Origin: a virus
Lineage: Duplodnaviria; Caudoviricetes
DNA length: 64,000 nucleotides
Virus record (IMG/VR): IMGVR_UViG_3300009692_000020
Span: 445-64,444 of that record
Strand: one strand, 5' to 3'
Shown here: piece after piece, positions 37,416 through 48,703 of the stretch
How positions within the stretch are numbered: the stretch's first letter is position 1
Layout of the letters: the number at the start of each line of letters is the position of its first letter
Notes under the pieces: generated by a model
The model's input: the letters and a program-made list of their open reading frames with translations, nothing else
Told to the model about the DNA's origin: nothing
The model's database searches: none
Program-made: the position numbers and the translations under genes

Positions 37416-39091
37416 TGACACTGGGAAATTTAGCACTTGTTGAGCAACCCGAGCAGAATCTCGGCGCGTTGTTTTTCAACAAGATTGAAACCGGTCTAAA
37501 GAGATCGGCGCTAACGACTTGCTCAAATTGGGCAGAACAATATCGCGTAATGGGCAAGCCATATCCGGGGTTATGGAACTTCAAGCATCATCCTTGGCTT
37601 CGCGGTATGCATGATTCAAAAGCTGAACTCAACGTCGGTCGTAAAGCAGCGCAGATGGGTTACACCGAGTTACTCCTTAACTGGACGTTCTTCAATATCG
37701 ACATACGTGGTGAATCAGTATTGTATGTCCTACCTAACGATGATAACGCAGGGATATTCAGTTCATCCCGATTCGATGCAGCCCTCGAATTAAGTCCCCA
37801 TTTAGATACTATGTTCTCGGATGTGAAGAACACGAAGCACAAACGTGCAGGATCGGCGAATCTCTACATAAGAGGCTCGCGGTCTAAAGTTAATTTGGTT
37901 TCCGTACCTGTCGGTCGATGCGCCATTGACGAGTTAGACAAGATGGTCGTCGAACATATACCGCTTGTATGGGAACGTATGAGCGGTCAGTTGGATAAGC
38001 AGATGTGGATGGTATCCACTCCGACCGTGCCGGATTTCGGCATTGATGTTCCATATAAGCAGAGCACGATGGAACATTTCTTCTTCCCATGCCCTTGCTG
38101 CTCGAAACAAACGGAACTCACCTTCCCCGAATCCGTAGAGATTCGCGGCAAAGATGCCTTCGACCCTTCCGTCAAAGAGTCGTATCTGATTTGTACGAGC
38201 TGCAAGGGCAAATTAGACCATGCAACGAAGACCGATTGGCTAGCCAAAGGCGAGTGGGTTTCGCAGAATAGCCAAGCGACATCCCGCGGTTTCTATATCA
38301 ATCAACTTTACTCGGGCACAGTTAGCCCCGCGGAAATCGTTAGCCAATACTTCAAGGCGATGATCAATCCTGCTGATGAACAGGAGTTCTATAACTCGAA
38401 ATTAGGTCTGCCTCATATTGTAGAGGGAGCGAGAGTTAATGATTCCGAAATCAAAGATTGTTCTTCCGCATACAAGAACGGGGCAGACTCTTCTCGTTCA
38501 CATATTGTAACTATGGGCGTTGATGTTGGCAAGTGGCTGAACGTGGAAGTATGCGAATGGATACCCGCACCGGTTAGTTCTGATTCAGATATGCACATGA
38601 ACTTCATACCTCGTATACTTTTCGAAGGTAAAGTTGTGGACTTCAATGAACTGGACAAGTTTGTAATGAAGTACGCAACTAACTGCGTAGTTATTGATGC
38701 AAATCCCGAACGTCGCGAATCTCTCAAGTTCTGTGCAAGATTTCCTGGCATCGCCTATGCTTGCTTCTATGGACGCGACCAAAAGAGTAGGGATACCATA
38801 CTTGGTAGCGAACTACCGACGGTTACAGTAGACAGGACATCGTGGATGGATTTGGCAATCAGCCGTTTTAGTGCCAAACGCATCAAGATTCCTATGGATG
38901 CAGAAATGGAATACAAAGAACATATGAAAGCAGTTGTTAAAGTGTACGAGAAAGATGATAATGGCAATCCTGTCGCGAAGTTCATGAATGTCGGACCTGA
39001 CCATTTTGCTCATTCTCGCACTTACTCGGAGATTGCTTTCAATCTCGCAGCGAAGACCGCGGGATATAAAGACATAGGAGGAATTTTCTAA
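37412..39091 (+). CDS. terL: Terminase large subunit (lambda GpA-like)
   Basis: KAAQMGYTE, AIDELD, VSTPT, CPCC...CTSC, TMGVDVG, VIDANP, PDHFAHS. Confidence 0.92.
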   Translation: MMTLGNLALVEQPEQNLGALFFNKIETGLKRSALTTCSNWAEQYRVMGKPYPGLWNFKHHPWLRGMHDSKAELNVGRKAAQMGYTELLLNWTFFNIDIRGESVLYVLPNDDNAGIFSSSRFDAALELSPHLDTMFSDVKNTKHKRAGSANLYIRGSRSKVNLVSVPVGRCAIDELDKMVVEHIPLVWERMSGQLDKQMWMVSTPTVPDFGIDVPYKQSTMEHFFFPCPCCSKQTELTFPESVEIRGKDAFDPSVKESYLICTSCKGKLDHATKTDWLAKGEWVSQNSQATSRGFYINQLYSGTVSPAEIVSQYFKAMINPADEQEFYNSKLGLPHIVEGARVNDSEIKDCSSAYKNGADSSRSHIVTMGVDVGKWLNVEVCEWIPAPVSSDSDMHMNFIPRILFEGKVVDFNELDKFVMKYATNCVVIDANPERRESLKFCARFPGIAYACFYGRDQKSRDTILGSELPTVTVDRTSWMDLAISRFSAKRIKIPMDAEMEYKEHMKAVVKVYEKDDNGNPVAKFMNVGPDHFAHSRTYSEIAFNLAAKTAGYKDIGGIF

Positions 39092-40851
39092 TGGGTAAGC
39101 TGATTGATATTCGTCATCCCGAATATAAAGCCATGTATGACAAGTGGAAGAAGTGGCGTTACACATATGCCGGTGGCGACGATTTCATAGATCAGTATCT
39201 TAAATACTATTCCACAAGGGAAACGAATAACGATTTCCTTGTTAGGAAGGCTATTACCTATGTTCCGGCTTTCGCAAAAACTGCTATCGAGGACGTTAGG
39301 AAAGCCATATTCAGTCGAGCCAACGACATTCGTCGTACAAATGGTTCTGAATCATATCAGAAAGCCATAGCCGGATTGATTGGTGGAGTAGATGAACACG
39401 GTTCAAGCATGAATGGTTACATTGGCGAGAACGTATTAACTGAACTTCTTCCTATGGCTCGCGTAGGCATATACGTGGATATGCACAAGAACATCGGACC
39501 TACGATGGCTACCCTCGGAGATAAGCACCCATACATATACACATTCCCTACTGAGGATATTCTCTCTTGGCAGTATGGCGAAGATAACAAATTATCGGTT
39601 CTGCTTCTTCGTTGTCATGGTAATGACGTTGATGAACAGTGGGGACTTCCGGACGAAATAGAGATAACCTACCGATACTTAGTTAGGACACCGGCGGGCG
39701 TCTCCATTACCGAGTATGATGAAGCAGGAAACGAGATAAGCGGTTTTGATTTGAAAATCAAAGAAATACCATTTATCATACTGGAAACAAAGCAAGCATT
39801 GATGGCAGATATAGCCAATTATCAGATTGCTCTTCTTAATATTGCTTCTTCCGACATCAATTACATAACGAAATCAAATTTCCCGTTCTATACTGAACAG
39901 TATGATCCAAAAAGTGATATGATGGAGTACATCCGTAAGGCACAGACCGCATCAACTGCAGCGGTTAGCACTGGCGGATTAGGTGGGAATACTGCTCCAG
40001 TAGAAGGAACAACTCAAGAAGCTGATCAAGCTAAGGCAAAAGAAATCGTAACTGGTGCAGCACAAGGGCGTAAATATCCTGTCGGTTCAGAACGTCCGGG
40101 ATTCATACATCCTTCTCCCGAACCTCTAAAGGTTTCGATGGAGAAACAGGATGCTATGAAGAAAGAAATACGCGAACTCATCTCTCTGAATCTCAATAAT
40201 ATCAGACCTCGTATGGCATCAGCTGAAAGTAAGGAATTAGACAACGAAGGTCTCGTTAGCGGATTGGCTTATCTCGGTGTGATGCTTGAATCAACTGAAC
40301 GTCGCATAGCTGAACTGTGGCATATGTACGAGAATAAGCCTAATGACGTAACAGTAGCTTATCCTCGCCAGTTCACATTACAGACAGAAGCTGAACGTTC
40401 TGATGAAGCCATGAAGAAAGCTAAAGTTATGATTACTGTTCCAAGTAAGATATATCAGAAAGCCATAGCTAAGGATATTGCTCAACTTACTCTCGGGCAT
40501 AAAGCATCTCCTACCACTATGGACGAGATATTCGAGGAAATTGATTCAGCTGAGGTTATGAATACCGATCCGGAATTCATTATGAAGGCTGCAGAAGCAG
40601 GACTTGTTTCCAATGCTACGGCGTCGGAAACTATTGGTTTCCCAAAAGGCGAAGCAGCGAAAGCCTCGCAAGACCACGCAGAAAGACTTGCTCGTATACA
40701 AGCTGCTCAAGGCGATCCTAATTCGCAAGGTGGAAAGAAAGCCATGATGCAGATGGCTGACGGGACAATGGCTAAAGATATGAAAAAGATTTCCCAAGAT
40801 GGAAATATGAATCCAATTAATAATAAAAATAAGACAAGAGGTGCGTCATGA
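39091..40851 (+). CDS. Portal protein
   Basis: Follows TerL; RHPEY...W..W...Y.GG..FI..YL..Y..RE. Confidence 0.85.
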   Translation: MGKLIDIRHPEYKAMYDKWKKWRYTYAGGDDFIDQYLKYYSTRETNNDFLVRKAITYVPAFAKTAIEDVRKAIFSRANDIRRTNGSESYQKAIAGLIGGVDEHGSSMNGYIGENVLTELLPMARVGIYVDMHKNIGPTMATLGDKHPYIYTFPTEDILSWQYGEDNKLSVLLLRCHGNDVDEQWGLPDEIEITYRYLVRTPAGVSITEYDEAGNEISGFDLKIKEIPFIILETKQALMADIANYQIALLNIASSDINYITKSNFPFYTEQYDPKSDMMEYIRKAQTASTAAVSTGGLGGNTAPVEGTTQEADQAKAKEIVTGAAQGRKYPVGSERPGFIHPSPEPLKVSMEKQDAMKKEIRELISLNLNNIRPRMASAESKELDNEGLVSGLAYLGVMLESTERRIAELWHMYENKPNDVTVAYPRQFTLQTEAERSDEAMKKAKVMITVPSKIYQKAIAKDIAQLTLGHKASPTTMDEIFEEIDSAEVMNTDPEFIMKAAEAGLVSNATASETIGFPKGEAAKASQDHAERLARIQAAQGDPNSQGGKKAMMQMADGTMAKDMKKISQDGNMNPINNKNKTRGAS

Positions 40852-41162
40852 AGAAGGTATTCAAACCCGTGTACGATGGTCTACCGAGACCGTATGATGA
40901 AGGAAACATGCAGAGGAACGAAACTGGTGATAAGCGTGAAATCGTTATCATTGAGCCAGACGTTCTTAAAGAGATAACGGACACTACCGATCCTCTTTGC
41001 ATTTATACTTGTCGGGCTGCTTGTGGTTCTAATGTCAATGCAGCGGTATGGCAGATACAACGGTCAACAACTGTTGGTTCAGTAATCACAACGGAATGGG
41101 CAGACGGCGATGGTAAATTTGACAATATCGCTGCAAATCGTGCTCTCCTAACATATAAATAA
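40848..41162 (+). CDS. Small virion protein with FKPVYD leader
   Basis: MKKVFKPVYDG...; C-terminus AVWQIQR...EWADGDGKFDNIAANRALLTY. Confidence 0.7.
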   Translation: MKKVFKPVYDGLPRPYDEGNMQRNETGDKREIVIIEPDVLKEITDTTDPLCIYTCRAACGSNVNAAVWQIQRSTTVGSVITTEWADGDGKFDNIAANRALLTYK

Positions 41163-41173
41163 GGAGAACTAAC

Positions 41174-44059
41174 ATGACTCCAGTTGTAGACATTTTCTTA
41201 AAGAAACTTGGCATAAGTCTTGTATGTCATGACCATGCAGAGTTTGCATCACTGGCGAACTTCAAGGGATACTATGTAAATCCTGCAGCTTTGCCTACAC
41301 CTGGACAGGCGGGTTGGTTCGCAATCGTTGGCTCTACCGATACTATGTGGGTATGGGATACCGGAACTGCCACATGGCTTGATACGAGTATGCAATCGGG
41401 CGTACTATCCTTCGGACCTATGGGCGCACCTAGAATGGGTAACGTTTATCCTGCAGCCAATGATTATACTTGGGCGATGATTGATAAGACAACGTCGTCC
41501 ATCGCAGACATTGCTACGAGATCAGCCGGTGACCTTTCAAGCGGTAATCTCAATGTCGCACGTATGCCAGTTAGCGGAACTTGGAACGTAACTGGTGATT
41601 TGACAATCGAGAACGCATTAGCATCAGCAACAACTGTAAAACTTAATAGTACCAATGTAACTGCACAGGCTCTCGCGTTTCAGATGGTTAATACAGTTGC
41701 AACCGGTGTTGAGTTCTATTTAGGCGCAAGTGGTGTTGCCACTATTCGCAGAATAGGTGGATTGAATCTCATACAGATAAGTTCCGGAATAAGTTACAAT
41801 GGTCTTCTTTTCGGGTCCGGAGTAATTGATTTCAACTTCGGGCATCAAGATTTGGACTTCAACATAAGCGCAGCTACCGCAGGAATCAACGCTTATAAGT
41901 ATGATGCAGGACTTGATTTGCACACTTTCAGCACGTTCCCTGTCGGACCTTCAGCAGCACCAACAACGGATTATCAGTTTGCTAATAAGAAGTATGTTGA
42001 TGATGCAATAGTTCCCGAAAATCTTTGGGATCGCGCGACGACCGTTCTTAGCGCACATAATACTGGTGATACAATCGATCCGTTGGCTATGCCAGTTGGC
42101 GGAACATGGTCGACCGTTACGTCATCTCACAGAATGATTGGACCGAAAGATAATTCCACTTTCACATTCCTAACGCTCGAAGATACCGCAGCCACATTTA
42201 ATCATATTGGTATCATATTTGGTGCAGATAATCTTGGTGGTATAATCAATATCTATCGCGGTAACTCTTCCACTCAAGGAATAGTTATGAACGGTGGAAG
42301 TAGCACTTCCTTCTATAATGGCTCAAGTGGCGGTTTTGGAATAGGTACACTCGGGACATCTCAAGACAGATTGAAAGTTAAAGGTCGTACAAGTGATGAT
42401 CAAGTTGATGCTTTCCATGTAACAAATTCGTCTGATACTGACCTGTTTAGAGTCAGAAATGATGGACAAGTTACTGTTGCCGGAAATGTTGTATCGGTGG
42501 TCGGTCATAGCCATGCAACAAGTGATTTAATAAGTGGAAATCTTGATATCGCTCGTATGCCTCTCAGTGGTGATTGGGCACTCAATTCCACTCTCGATAT
42601 CTCCGGTGCAGTGGTCAGATTCATATATGGCGATATACAGGTAGCGGATAGCATACGTCACTATATGGCAGGAACTCCGGATACTAATACTAGATTGAAG
42701 TTCCAACGTGGTTTCATTCAGTTGGAAGCTAACGGTAAAGTTATTGCATCATTCGATGGTAACACTGCCGGTGCTTTTGCTAACTACTTCAATAAGGATG
42801 CCCAAGATATGGACTTCCTTATCTATAAGAAAACCTCTGGAATCGCATATAATTACGACGCGGGAACAGATGTTCATACATTCGGAACATTCCCAATCGG
42901 ACCTACTGCATCTCCCACTACTGACTATCAGCTTGTAAATAAGTTGTATGTTGATGGTCTAATCGCAGCTGCAAATGCTCTAGTGTACAAAGGTGTAATT
43001 GATTGTGCAGCTTCTCCTAATTATCCTGCAGCAGATTGTGGTCATCTGTATGTTGTTTCAGTAGCAGGAAAGATTGGTGGATCATCCGGTACAATAGTTG
43101 AAGTTGGTGATATGATGATTTGTAACACCGACGGAACTGCATCCGGCGATCAAGCTACTGTTGGAAGCAAATGGAATCTTGTTCAGCGCAATGTTGATAG
43201 CATAGTTAGCGGTCCTACAAGCGCAGTAGACGGAAACTTCGCATCATTTAATGGCGCAACAGGTTCTATACTTAAAGACAGTGGCTACTCGTTCAGTAGC
43301 TTCTCTCTTACCGGTCATACTCACGCGACAACAGATATAGTCAGTGGTAATATGGATGTCGCTCGCATGACACTTGGCGGTACTTGGTCAATCACTAGCA
43401 AACTTACTATTAGTGGACATTTTGTTGAAATCACTAATGGCTTTGCTAATCAGTTGTCGGTACTGGGCAGTGCATCTGCAGGACTTGCAGAATTGATTGT
43501 TTCATCAAACAGAGGTACTTCAAGAGGTACATTTATAAGAATGTGCGGAGCGACCTATGCGGGTTCGTCCTTTATTAAGGATCTTGCAGGTAACGCGATT
43601 GCAGAATCAGAAGCAGTAGTTCTTGGTAACACGAACGATGCCAACAAACCGATGTACTTTGCTACAAATGACCGCGCGGTAACTTGTATCTATAATAGTT
43701 GCTTCGGTGTTGGACTCTTCAACACTGCAACTAGACCTACTATCGGATTTGAAACACGCGGAGTGAACTCTGTATTCAATACCGGAGCGGGCGACTTTGA
43801 TTTCACAATCAAAAAGAACACTGCCGGTAATGCATACGCTTACGATGCCGGACTTGATTCACACGCATTTAACGGTGCAGCTTATACGCTCTACCGTAAC
43901 AGCGAGAATCAGCCTATTGCATCACGTAGGACACTTAGTGCAGCACCTACACCGACATCGACAGGTAAAGACGGTGAACGCGGTTACTATGGTGGCTATA
44001 ATTATATTTGGGTAGCAGACAATGTTGTTATCCGTCACGTAGTGGAAACAACTTGGTAA
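41174..44059 (+). CDS. Fibre-like repeat protein, 961 aa
   Basis: Three DxDF...AYxYDAGxDxH modules, three DLxSGNxxxARM modules and two ANKxYVD motifs. Confidence 0.6.
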   Translation: MTPVVDIFLKKLGISLVCHDHAEFASLANFKGYYVNPAALPTPGQAGWFAIVGSTDTMWVWDTGTATWLDTSMQSGVLSFGPMGAPRMGNVYPAANDYTWAMIDKTTSSIADIATRSAGDLSSGNLNVARMPVSGTWNVTGDLTIENALASATTVKLNSTNVTAQALAFQMVNTVATGVEFYLGASGVATIRRIGGLNLIQISSGISYNGLLFGSGVIDFNFGHQDLDFNISAATAGINAYKYDAGLDLHTFSTFPVGPSAAPTTDYQFANKKYVDDAIVPENLWDRATTVLSAHNTGDTIDPLAMPVGGTWSTVTSSHRMIGPKDNSTFTFLTLEDTAATFNHIGIIFGADNLGGIINIYRGNSSTQGIVMNGGSSTSFYNGSSGGFGIGTLGTSQDRLKVKGRTSDDQVDAFHVTNSSDTDLFRVRNDGQVTVAGNVVSVVGHSHATSDLISGNLDIARMPLSGDWALNSTLDISGAVVRFIYGDIQVADSIRHYMAGTPDTNTRLKFQRGFIQLEANGKVIASFDGNTAGAFANYFNKDAQDMDFLIYKKTSGIAYNYDAGTDVHTFGTFPIGPTASPTTDYQLVNKLYVDGLIAAANALVYKGVIDCAASPNYPAADCGHLYVVSVAGKIGGSSGTIVEVGDMMICNTDGTASGDQATVGSKWNLVQRNVDSIVSGPTSAVDGNFASFNGATGSILKDSGYSFSSFSLTGHTHATTDIVSGNMDVARMTLGGTWSITSKLTISGHFVEITNGFANQLSVLGSASAGLAELIVSSNRGTSRGTFIRMCGATYAGSSFIKDLAGNAIAESEAVVLGNTNDANKPMYFATNDRAVTCIYNSCFGVGLFNTATRPTIGFETRGVNSVFNTGAGDFDFTIKKNTAGNAYAYDAGLDSHAFNGAAYTLYRNSENQPIASRRTLSAAPTPTSTGKDGERGYYGGYNYIWVADNVVIRHVVETTW

Positions 44060-44068
44060 GGAACTAAT

Positions 44069-44488
44069 ATGAGCAACATCAAAGGATTAGTGGATGTAAC
44101 TACCGGACAAGAAGTTGATCCGGATGCTCGCTATCTTCAAAGTATAGTGGGATACAGATCAATGATAGATGTAAATAGTGTACCTGTTGTTATTTTAACA
44201 CCTAATACTATACATTTAGTTTTAAAAGCAACTTATCAAGGTCTTAAACTTCCCCAAACATGTGTTAAAGGAACTATATTTAAGGTAGTGGGTATGGGAG
44301 AAGGATTATGGGGTATTCAGCAGTTTGCAGGACAACAGATAATTATGGGAGATTATCCAACCACTGTTGGAACGAATGGAGCAATACAGGCTACATATAA
44401 ACGCGATACTGTGGATTTGCTTTGTGTTGTGGCAGATACTACATTTTTAGTAATAAATTCAACTGGTAACATATCGGTGATACAATGA
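44069..44488 (+). CDS. Fibre-associated protein
   Basis: N-terminus KGLVDVTTGQEV shared with 45492..47849. Confidence 0.55.
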   Translation: MSNIKGLVDVTTGQEVDPDARYLQSIVGYRSMIDVNSVPVVILTPNTIHLVLKATYQGLKLPQTCVKGTIFKVVGMGEGLWGIQQFAGQQIIMGDYPTTVGTNGAIQATYKRDTVDLLCVVADTTFLVINSTGNISVIQ

Positions 44489-45483
44489 TTAAAAATGATT
44501 CAAATAGTACTTTAAATTTTAGTATCTTAGGACATGGCGCTAAGGTCGCTAATCAGTGCATTTGGGGAAAAGCAAGTCTTTTCCTTGGAACATATGTTGG
44601 CGATTCAGCCGGTTCAATTCTTCAAACAGGACAAGATCCACATTTCATAGTTACTAAAGCCGATACTGCCGTGCAGGGTGTAATGGGAACTATATTAGGC
44701 GGATGCAAAGGTTCAGCCGTAGCCAACATACTTGGTGGATTTGGTGCAACATATAATGGAAATGAAATGAGATTGGGAACTCATGCATCAGTTAATACCA
44801 ATGGAGTAGATTATAAATTTTGGGGACTTTCAGCACATAATGGAAGAACTCTCACTAATATGCGTTATCAATCATTTTATTATGATGGTAATGGCTTAGC
44901 AAGGACATTAACTGGATTGGGAATAGATTTAACCACTAAATCAAAAGTAGTGGTTGTTATTAAAGGAGCGGGTGCACATCCTGCGATATTTAGGACATCT
45001 AATCATGCTGATTATTACTCTAGCTATTTTCTTGCAGCTACTGCTGATTTAACAACCGGCATAAGTGGTTTTACTTCGGATGGTATATCAATCAGCACTG
45101 GTACAATGGTAAATGCTGCCGGAGTTCGCTATTACGGATTTGTTATGTGTGAAGATACAGAACCTTCAGCAGAACTAATAGTTGGTTCTTATATAGGTGA
45201 TGTATCTAAATTACAGATTCCTGTTCCTCTTGAGAAAACAAGTATGTCTTTAGACCAAATGTTTATAATACCCAATGGAGCAAATCCATGTATGTTTCTT
45301 ACATATGGATTAGCTTATGTTTCGGCTTCTACAACGGAACCGGATCAGTGGATAGAATTGGATTGGATGAATAATAGTCTTCTGATTCCGGAATCAACTT
45401 TAATTAACGATGTAAATAACAAAGTTAATTTCGCAGCTATACTTAATCCATCAACTTATTCTAACCCTAAAATATTATCATAA
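44485..45483 (+). CDS. Fibre or minor structural protein
   Basis: Repeated G.Y.GDG/YIGD motifs. Confidence 0.5.
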   Translation: MIKNDSNSTLNFSILGHGAKVANQCIWGKASLFLGTYVGDSAGSILQTGQDPHFIVTKADTAVQGVMGTILGGCKGSAVANILGGFGATYNGNEMRLGTHASVNTNGVDYKFWGLSAHNGRTLTNMRYQSFYYDGNGLARTLTGLGIDLTTKSKVVVVIKGAGAHPAIFRTSNHADYYSSYFLAATADLTTGISGFTSDGISISTGTMVNAAGVRYYGFVMCEDTEPSAELIVGSYIGDVSKLQIPVPLEKTSMSLDQMFIIPNGANPCMFLTYGLAYVSASTTEPDQWIELDWMNNSLLIPESTLINDVNNKVNFAAILNPSTYSNPKILS

Positions 45484-45491
45484 GGTGCGTT

Positions 45492-47849
45492 ATGGCTAAT
45501 GAATTAAAAGGCTTAGTAAATATTACGACGGGAGCGCAAGTTGCTGATGCAAAAGCAATCTTCGCTTACTACGACGAAACATTGTTTAATATAAAAGCGG
45601 GCGCATCTTGCGGTTCTGCTTTGACAACTGGAATTGATAACATTTTGATTGGTAGGGGAACTGGTAACGCCCTCACTATTGGTTATCGTAATGTTTTGAT
45701 TGGTTCATATGCCGGTAACAAAATAGTTGAGAACTCGGATAATGTAGCGGTCGGTTACAGTGCATTAGGTAGTGCCGTTGATGCTTGGTACAACACTGCC
45801 ATTGGTGCTTGGGCATTGTATAAAGCTACTGGTTGGTCAAATGTAGCCGTCGGATACAGGGCAATGAGCGGTTATGTTGATCCGGTTACTGGTTCGGGCA
45901 ATATTGCTATGGGTAATGATTGCATGTATAATATCACTAGCGGTATGTACAATACCGGTATGGGTATGAACTGTTTACGTGCTTTGACAACTGGCTCTAG
46001 TAATGTTTGCTTAGGTCAAAACGCAGGATATGGTCTATCTACTGGAAACTCGAATACTCTCATAGGCTCACAAGCCGGACAGTATCTAAACGGCAGTAAC
46101 AATATAGCCGTAGGACCGAACGCTTTACAGGGCGGAACAAACAATAATCCCAGTGGTAATATAGCCATAGGTGTAGCTACTTTAGCATCAATTATTGATG
46201 GAAGTGGAAACGTCGGCATAGGTTACTCTACTTTGGGATTACTTACAAGCGGTACTCGCAATCTTGCATTGGCGAATCAATCCGGATATAATATCACTAC
46301 TGGTCATGACAATGTTTTACTCGGTCACTATGCCGGTCTATACATGGTCGATGCATACACGAACACCGCGATCGGTTCATGCGCTATGTATGGTGTTAAA
46401 GGTAGTCAGAATTTAGCTTTCGGTTACTGTGCGTTATACGGTTCAGCTACTTACGAACAGAATACTGGTGGCGGAAATATAGCCATAGGTAATGAATCAT
46501 TGTTCTATATGTCTACCGGAACATATAACATAGCCATCGGGCATCAAGCCGGTTCAAACGTTTCCACTTCACAAGGTAATATTCTTGTTGGTGCTGCAAC
46601 AGGTAGTGCTTTGACAACCGGCGGGATCAATGTTGTGATTGGTTATTCAGCAGCTAGAGCTATGGATACTAATTCGCATAACGTAGCGGTCGGTCCCAGT
46701 ACCATGTATTATATGAAGGGCGATGCTAATATAGCAATCGGTTCAGCAGCACTGTTTGGTTCGGCAACTCCTGCAAATAATACTGGTTCATTTAATGTGG
46801 TAGCCGGTTACCAAGCTATGAGTTTCAGTTCAACGGCATCATACAACATAGCTTTAGGTCGGTCTGCAGGATACGGATTAACTACTGGTCTCAATAATAC
46901 CTTCATCGGTTATAATACCGGTGTAGATACTACTGATTCTAATTACTCCGTTGCAATCGGATATTGGGCTATGAGATTGATGAACGGATCAAATAACGTA
47001 GCAATCGGTCAGCAAGCTATGGAAGGTGCTTACCCTAATATTGGAAATGTTGGATCAAACAACATAGCAATAGGAACTCTTGCACTTCAAACTATATACA
47101 CTGGATACAATAACGTGGCGGTCGGCGCTAACTGCTTACAATCACTAAGTACGGGATATGCTAATGTAGCTATCGGTATGGGATGCGCGGGTATGCTTAC
47201 TACTGCAACAAACTGTATTGCCATAGGTCAGTATGCTTTGAATCAGATGAGAGGCAGTTCCAATATTGGTATAGGTGTATCCTCGATTGACGGATCAAAC
47301 ACTCCTGCTAATAATACAGGTGTAGGTAATATTGGTATAGGACACGGAACATTAGGGTATCAAAGTGTTACATCCGGCTCTTTAAATGTAGCAATAGGTT
47401 ATATGTCTTTGAGAGCACTGACTACTGGTTCTGAAAACGTGGTAATAGGCGATCAATCACTTGGACTTCTGACTACTGGTAGTTATAATATAGTGCTTGG
47501 TAAGTATGCAGGACTTGCATTAACAACTCAATCATATAATACCTTCATAGGTAACTGTGCCGGTAAATATGAACTTGGTTCTAATCGTTTAATATTTGAT
47601 TGCATCGATAGAACCGACACTGCCGGTGAACAGGCTAAAGCATTACTTTACGGTATAATGGGTTCGGCAGTTTCAGATCAGACTCTGAAAATAAATGCTG
47701 ATTCATTAATCACTCCGTCTACTTCGTACCACTACTGGGGCGAACCTACCACAGACGGAAGTTGGAGATTCGGACGCAGTGGTAATAACTTCGTTATCGA
47801 ACGCAGAGAGTCTAGTGCGTGGGTAATGAAACAAACGATAGAGGCATAA
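45492..47849 (+). CDS. Beta-roll repeat protein (trimeric autotransporter head-like repeats)
   Basis: More than 20 repeats of N.AIG..AL...TTG..N.A.G. Confidence 0.75.
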   Translation: MANELKGLVNITTGAQVADAKAIFAYYDETLFNIKAGASCGSALTTGIDNILIGRGTGNALTIGYRNVLIGSYAGNKIVENSDNVAVGYSALGSAVDAWYNTAIGAWALYKATGWSNVAVGYRAMSGYVDPVTGSGNIAMGNDCMYNITSGMYNTGMGMNCLRALTTGSSNVCLGQNAGYGLSTGNSNTLIGSQAGQYLNGSNNIAVGPNALQGGTNNNPSGNIAIGVATLASIIDGSGNVGIGYSTLGLLTSGTRNLALANQSGYNITTGHDNVLLGHYAGLYMVDAYTNTAIGSCAMYGVKGSQNLAFGYCALYGSATYEQNTGGGNIAIGNESLFYMSTGTYNIAIGHQAGSNVSTSQGNILVGAATGSALTTGGINVVIGYSAARAMDTNSHNVAVGPSTMYYMKGDANIAIGSAALFGSATPANNTGSFNVVAGYQAMSFSSTASYNIALGRSAGYGLTTGLNNTFIGYNTGVDTTDSNYSVAIGYWAMRLMNGSNNVAIGQQAMEGAYPNIGNVGSNNIAIGTLALQTIYTGYNNVAVGANCLQSLSTGYANVAIGMGCAGMLTTATNCIAIGQYALNQMRGSSNIGIGVSSIDGSNTPANNTGVGNIGIGHGTLGYQSVTSGSLNVAIGYMSLRALTTGSENVVIGDQSLGLLTTGSYNIVLGKYAGLALTTQSYNTFIGNCAGKYELGSNRLIFDCIDRTDTAGEQAKALLYGIMGSAVSDQTLKINADSLITPSTSYHYWGEPTTDGSWRFGRSGNNFVIERRESSAWVMKQTIEA

Positions 47850-47850
47850 A

Positions 47851-48384
47851 ATGAAATCCGGACATTTATATCATGATGATGTACAGGGAATACTAGGAAC
47901 TGCCCTATCCGGCACTACTCAGTGGACTCTTAGGGAACTTCGTACTACGGGTGTAGTTATCCCTCATATTGCAAGGAACGATATTTTTAGTATGATTTTC
48001 CAAATGACACACCGAAAGAAACTTCAGACTCCATGTGATAGCGTACATATACACTATGTTCCAATAGCTTCGGCAAATGGAAATATTGTGTTTGACTTCA
48101 CTTGGGGATGGTTCAATCACGGTGATGTAATACCGGCTACACTTCCCAACAGTGGAAGTAAGACCATAACACTTGCTACTACCGATCAGTACAAGATGAA
48201 GTTGGATACTCTGATTGCTGATATGGCTGCTCCATCTAGCGAAGTATATTCCTCAATACTGATGGTTAAGATTCAGCGCGTTACCACTGGTGATACTTGG
48301 GGAACAGGTGAGATAGCTTTGGCATACCTCGATGCCCATGTTGATGTTGATAGATTCGGTTCATATAACGAAGCAACTGATTAA
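47851..48384 (+). CDS. Hypothetical structural protein
   Basis: ORF track; IFQMTH...HIHYVP. Confidence 0.55.
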   Translation: MKSGHLYHDDVQGILGTALSGTTQWTLRELRTTGVVIPHIARNDIFSMIFQMTHRKKLQTPCDSVHIHYVPIASANGNIVFDFTWGWFNHGDVIPATLPNSGSKTITLATTDQYKMKLDTLIADMAAPSSEVYSSILMVKIQRVTTGDTWGTGEIALAYLDAHVDVDRFGSYNEATD

Positions 48385-48395
48385 GGAGTAATAAA

Positions 48396-48689
48396 ATGAT
48401 ACAGAAAACGTTTACAGATGTGTTCGGTGCTACGCACACGGACGGAGTTCACAAACTTATGACTTGTGATTTAGATGTAGTCAAGAAAACGGCTACTGCC
48501 AATTTTAAATCATTTCATAATAAGGCTGCATATCTTGCAGGAAATCCGTCAATGAGCACACATATCTATGTTGCACTTGCCATAGTGAACTTAGATGTGA
48601 ACAGTTGGGACGAGTTGATTGAGTTCATGGAAACGATAGCAATCGCTAACGATCCGTTTTTCGTTGGCGGAACTATAATAACTGAATAA
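48396..48689 (+). CDS. Hypothetical protein
   Basis: ORF track; AAGGAG SD. Confidence 0.6.
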   Translation: MIQKTFTDVFGATHTDGVHKLMTCDLDVVKKTATANFKSFHNKAAYLAGNPSMSTHIYVALAIVNLDVNSWDELIEFMETIAIANDPFFVGGTIITE

Positions 48690-48703
48690 GGAAGGGACAG
48701 AGT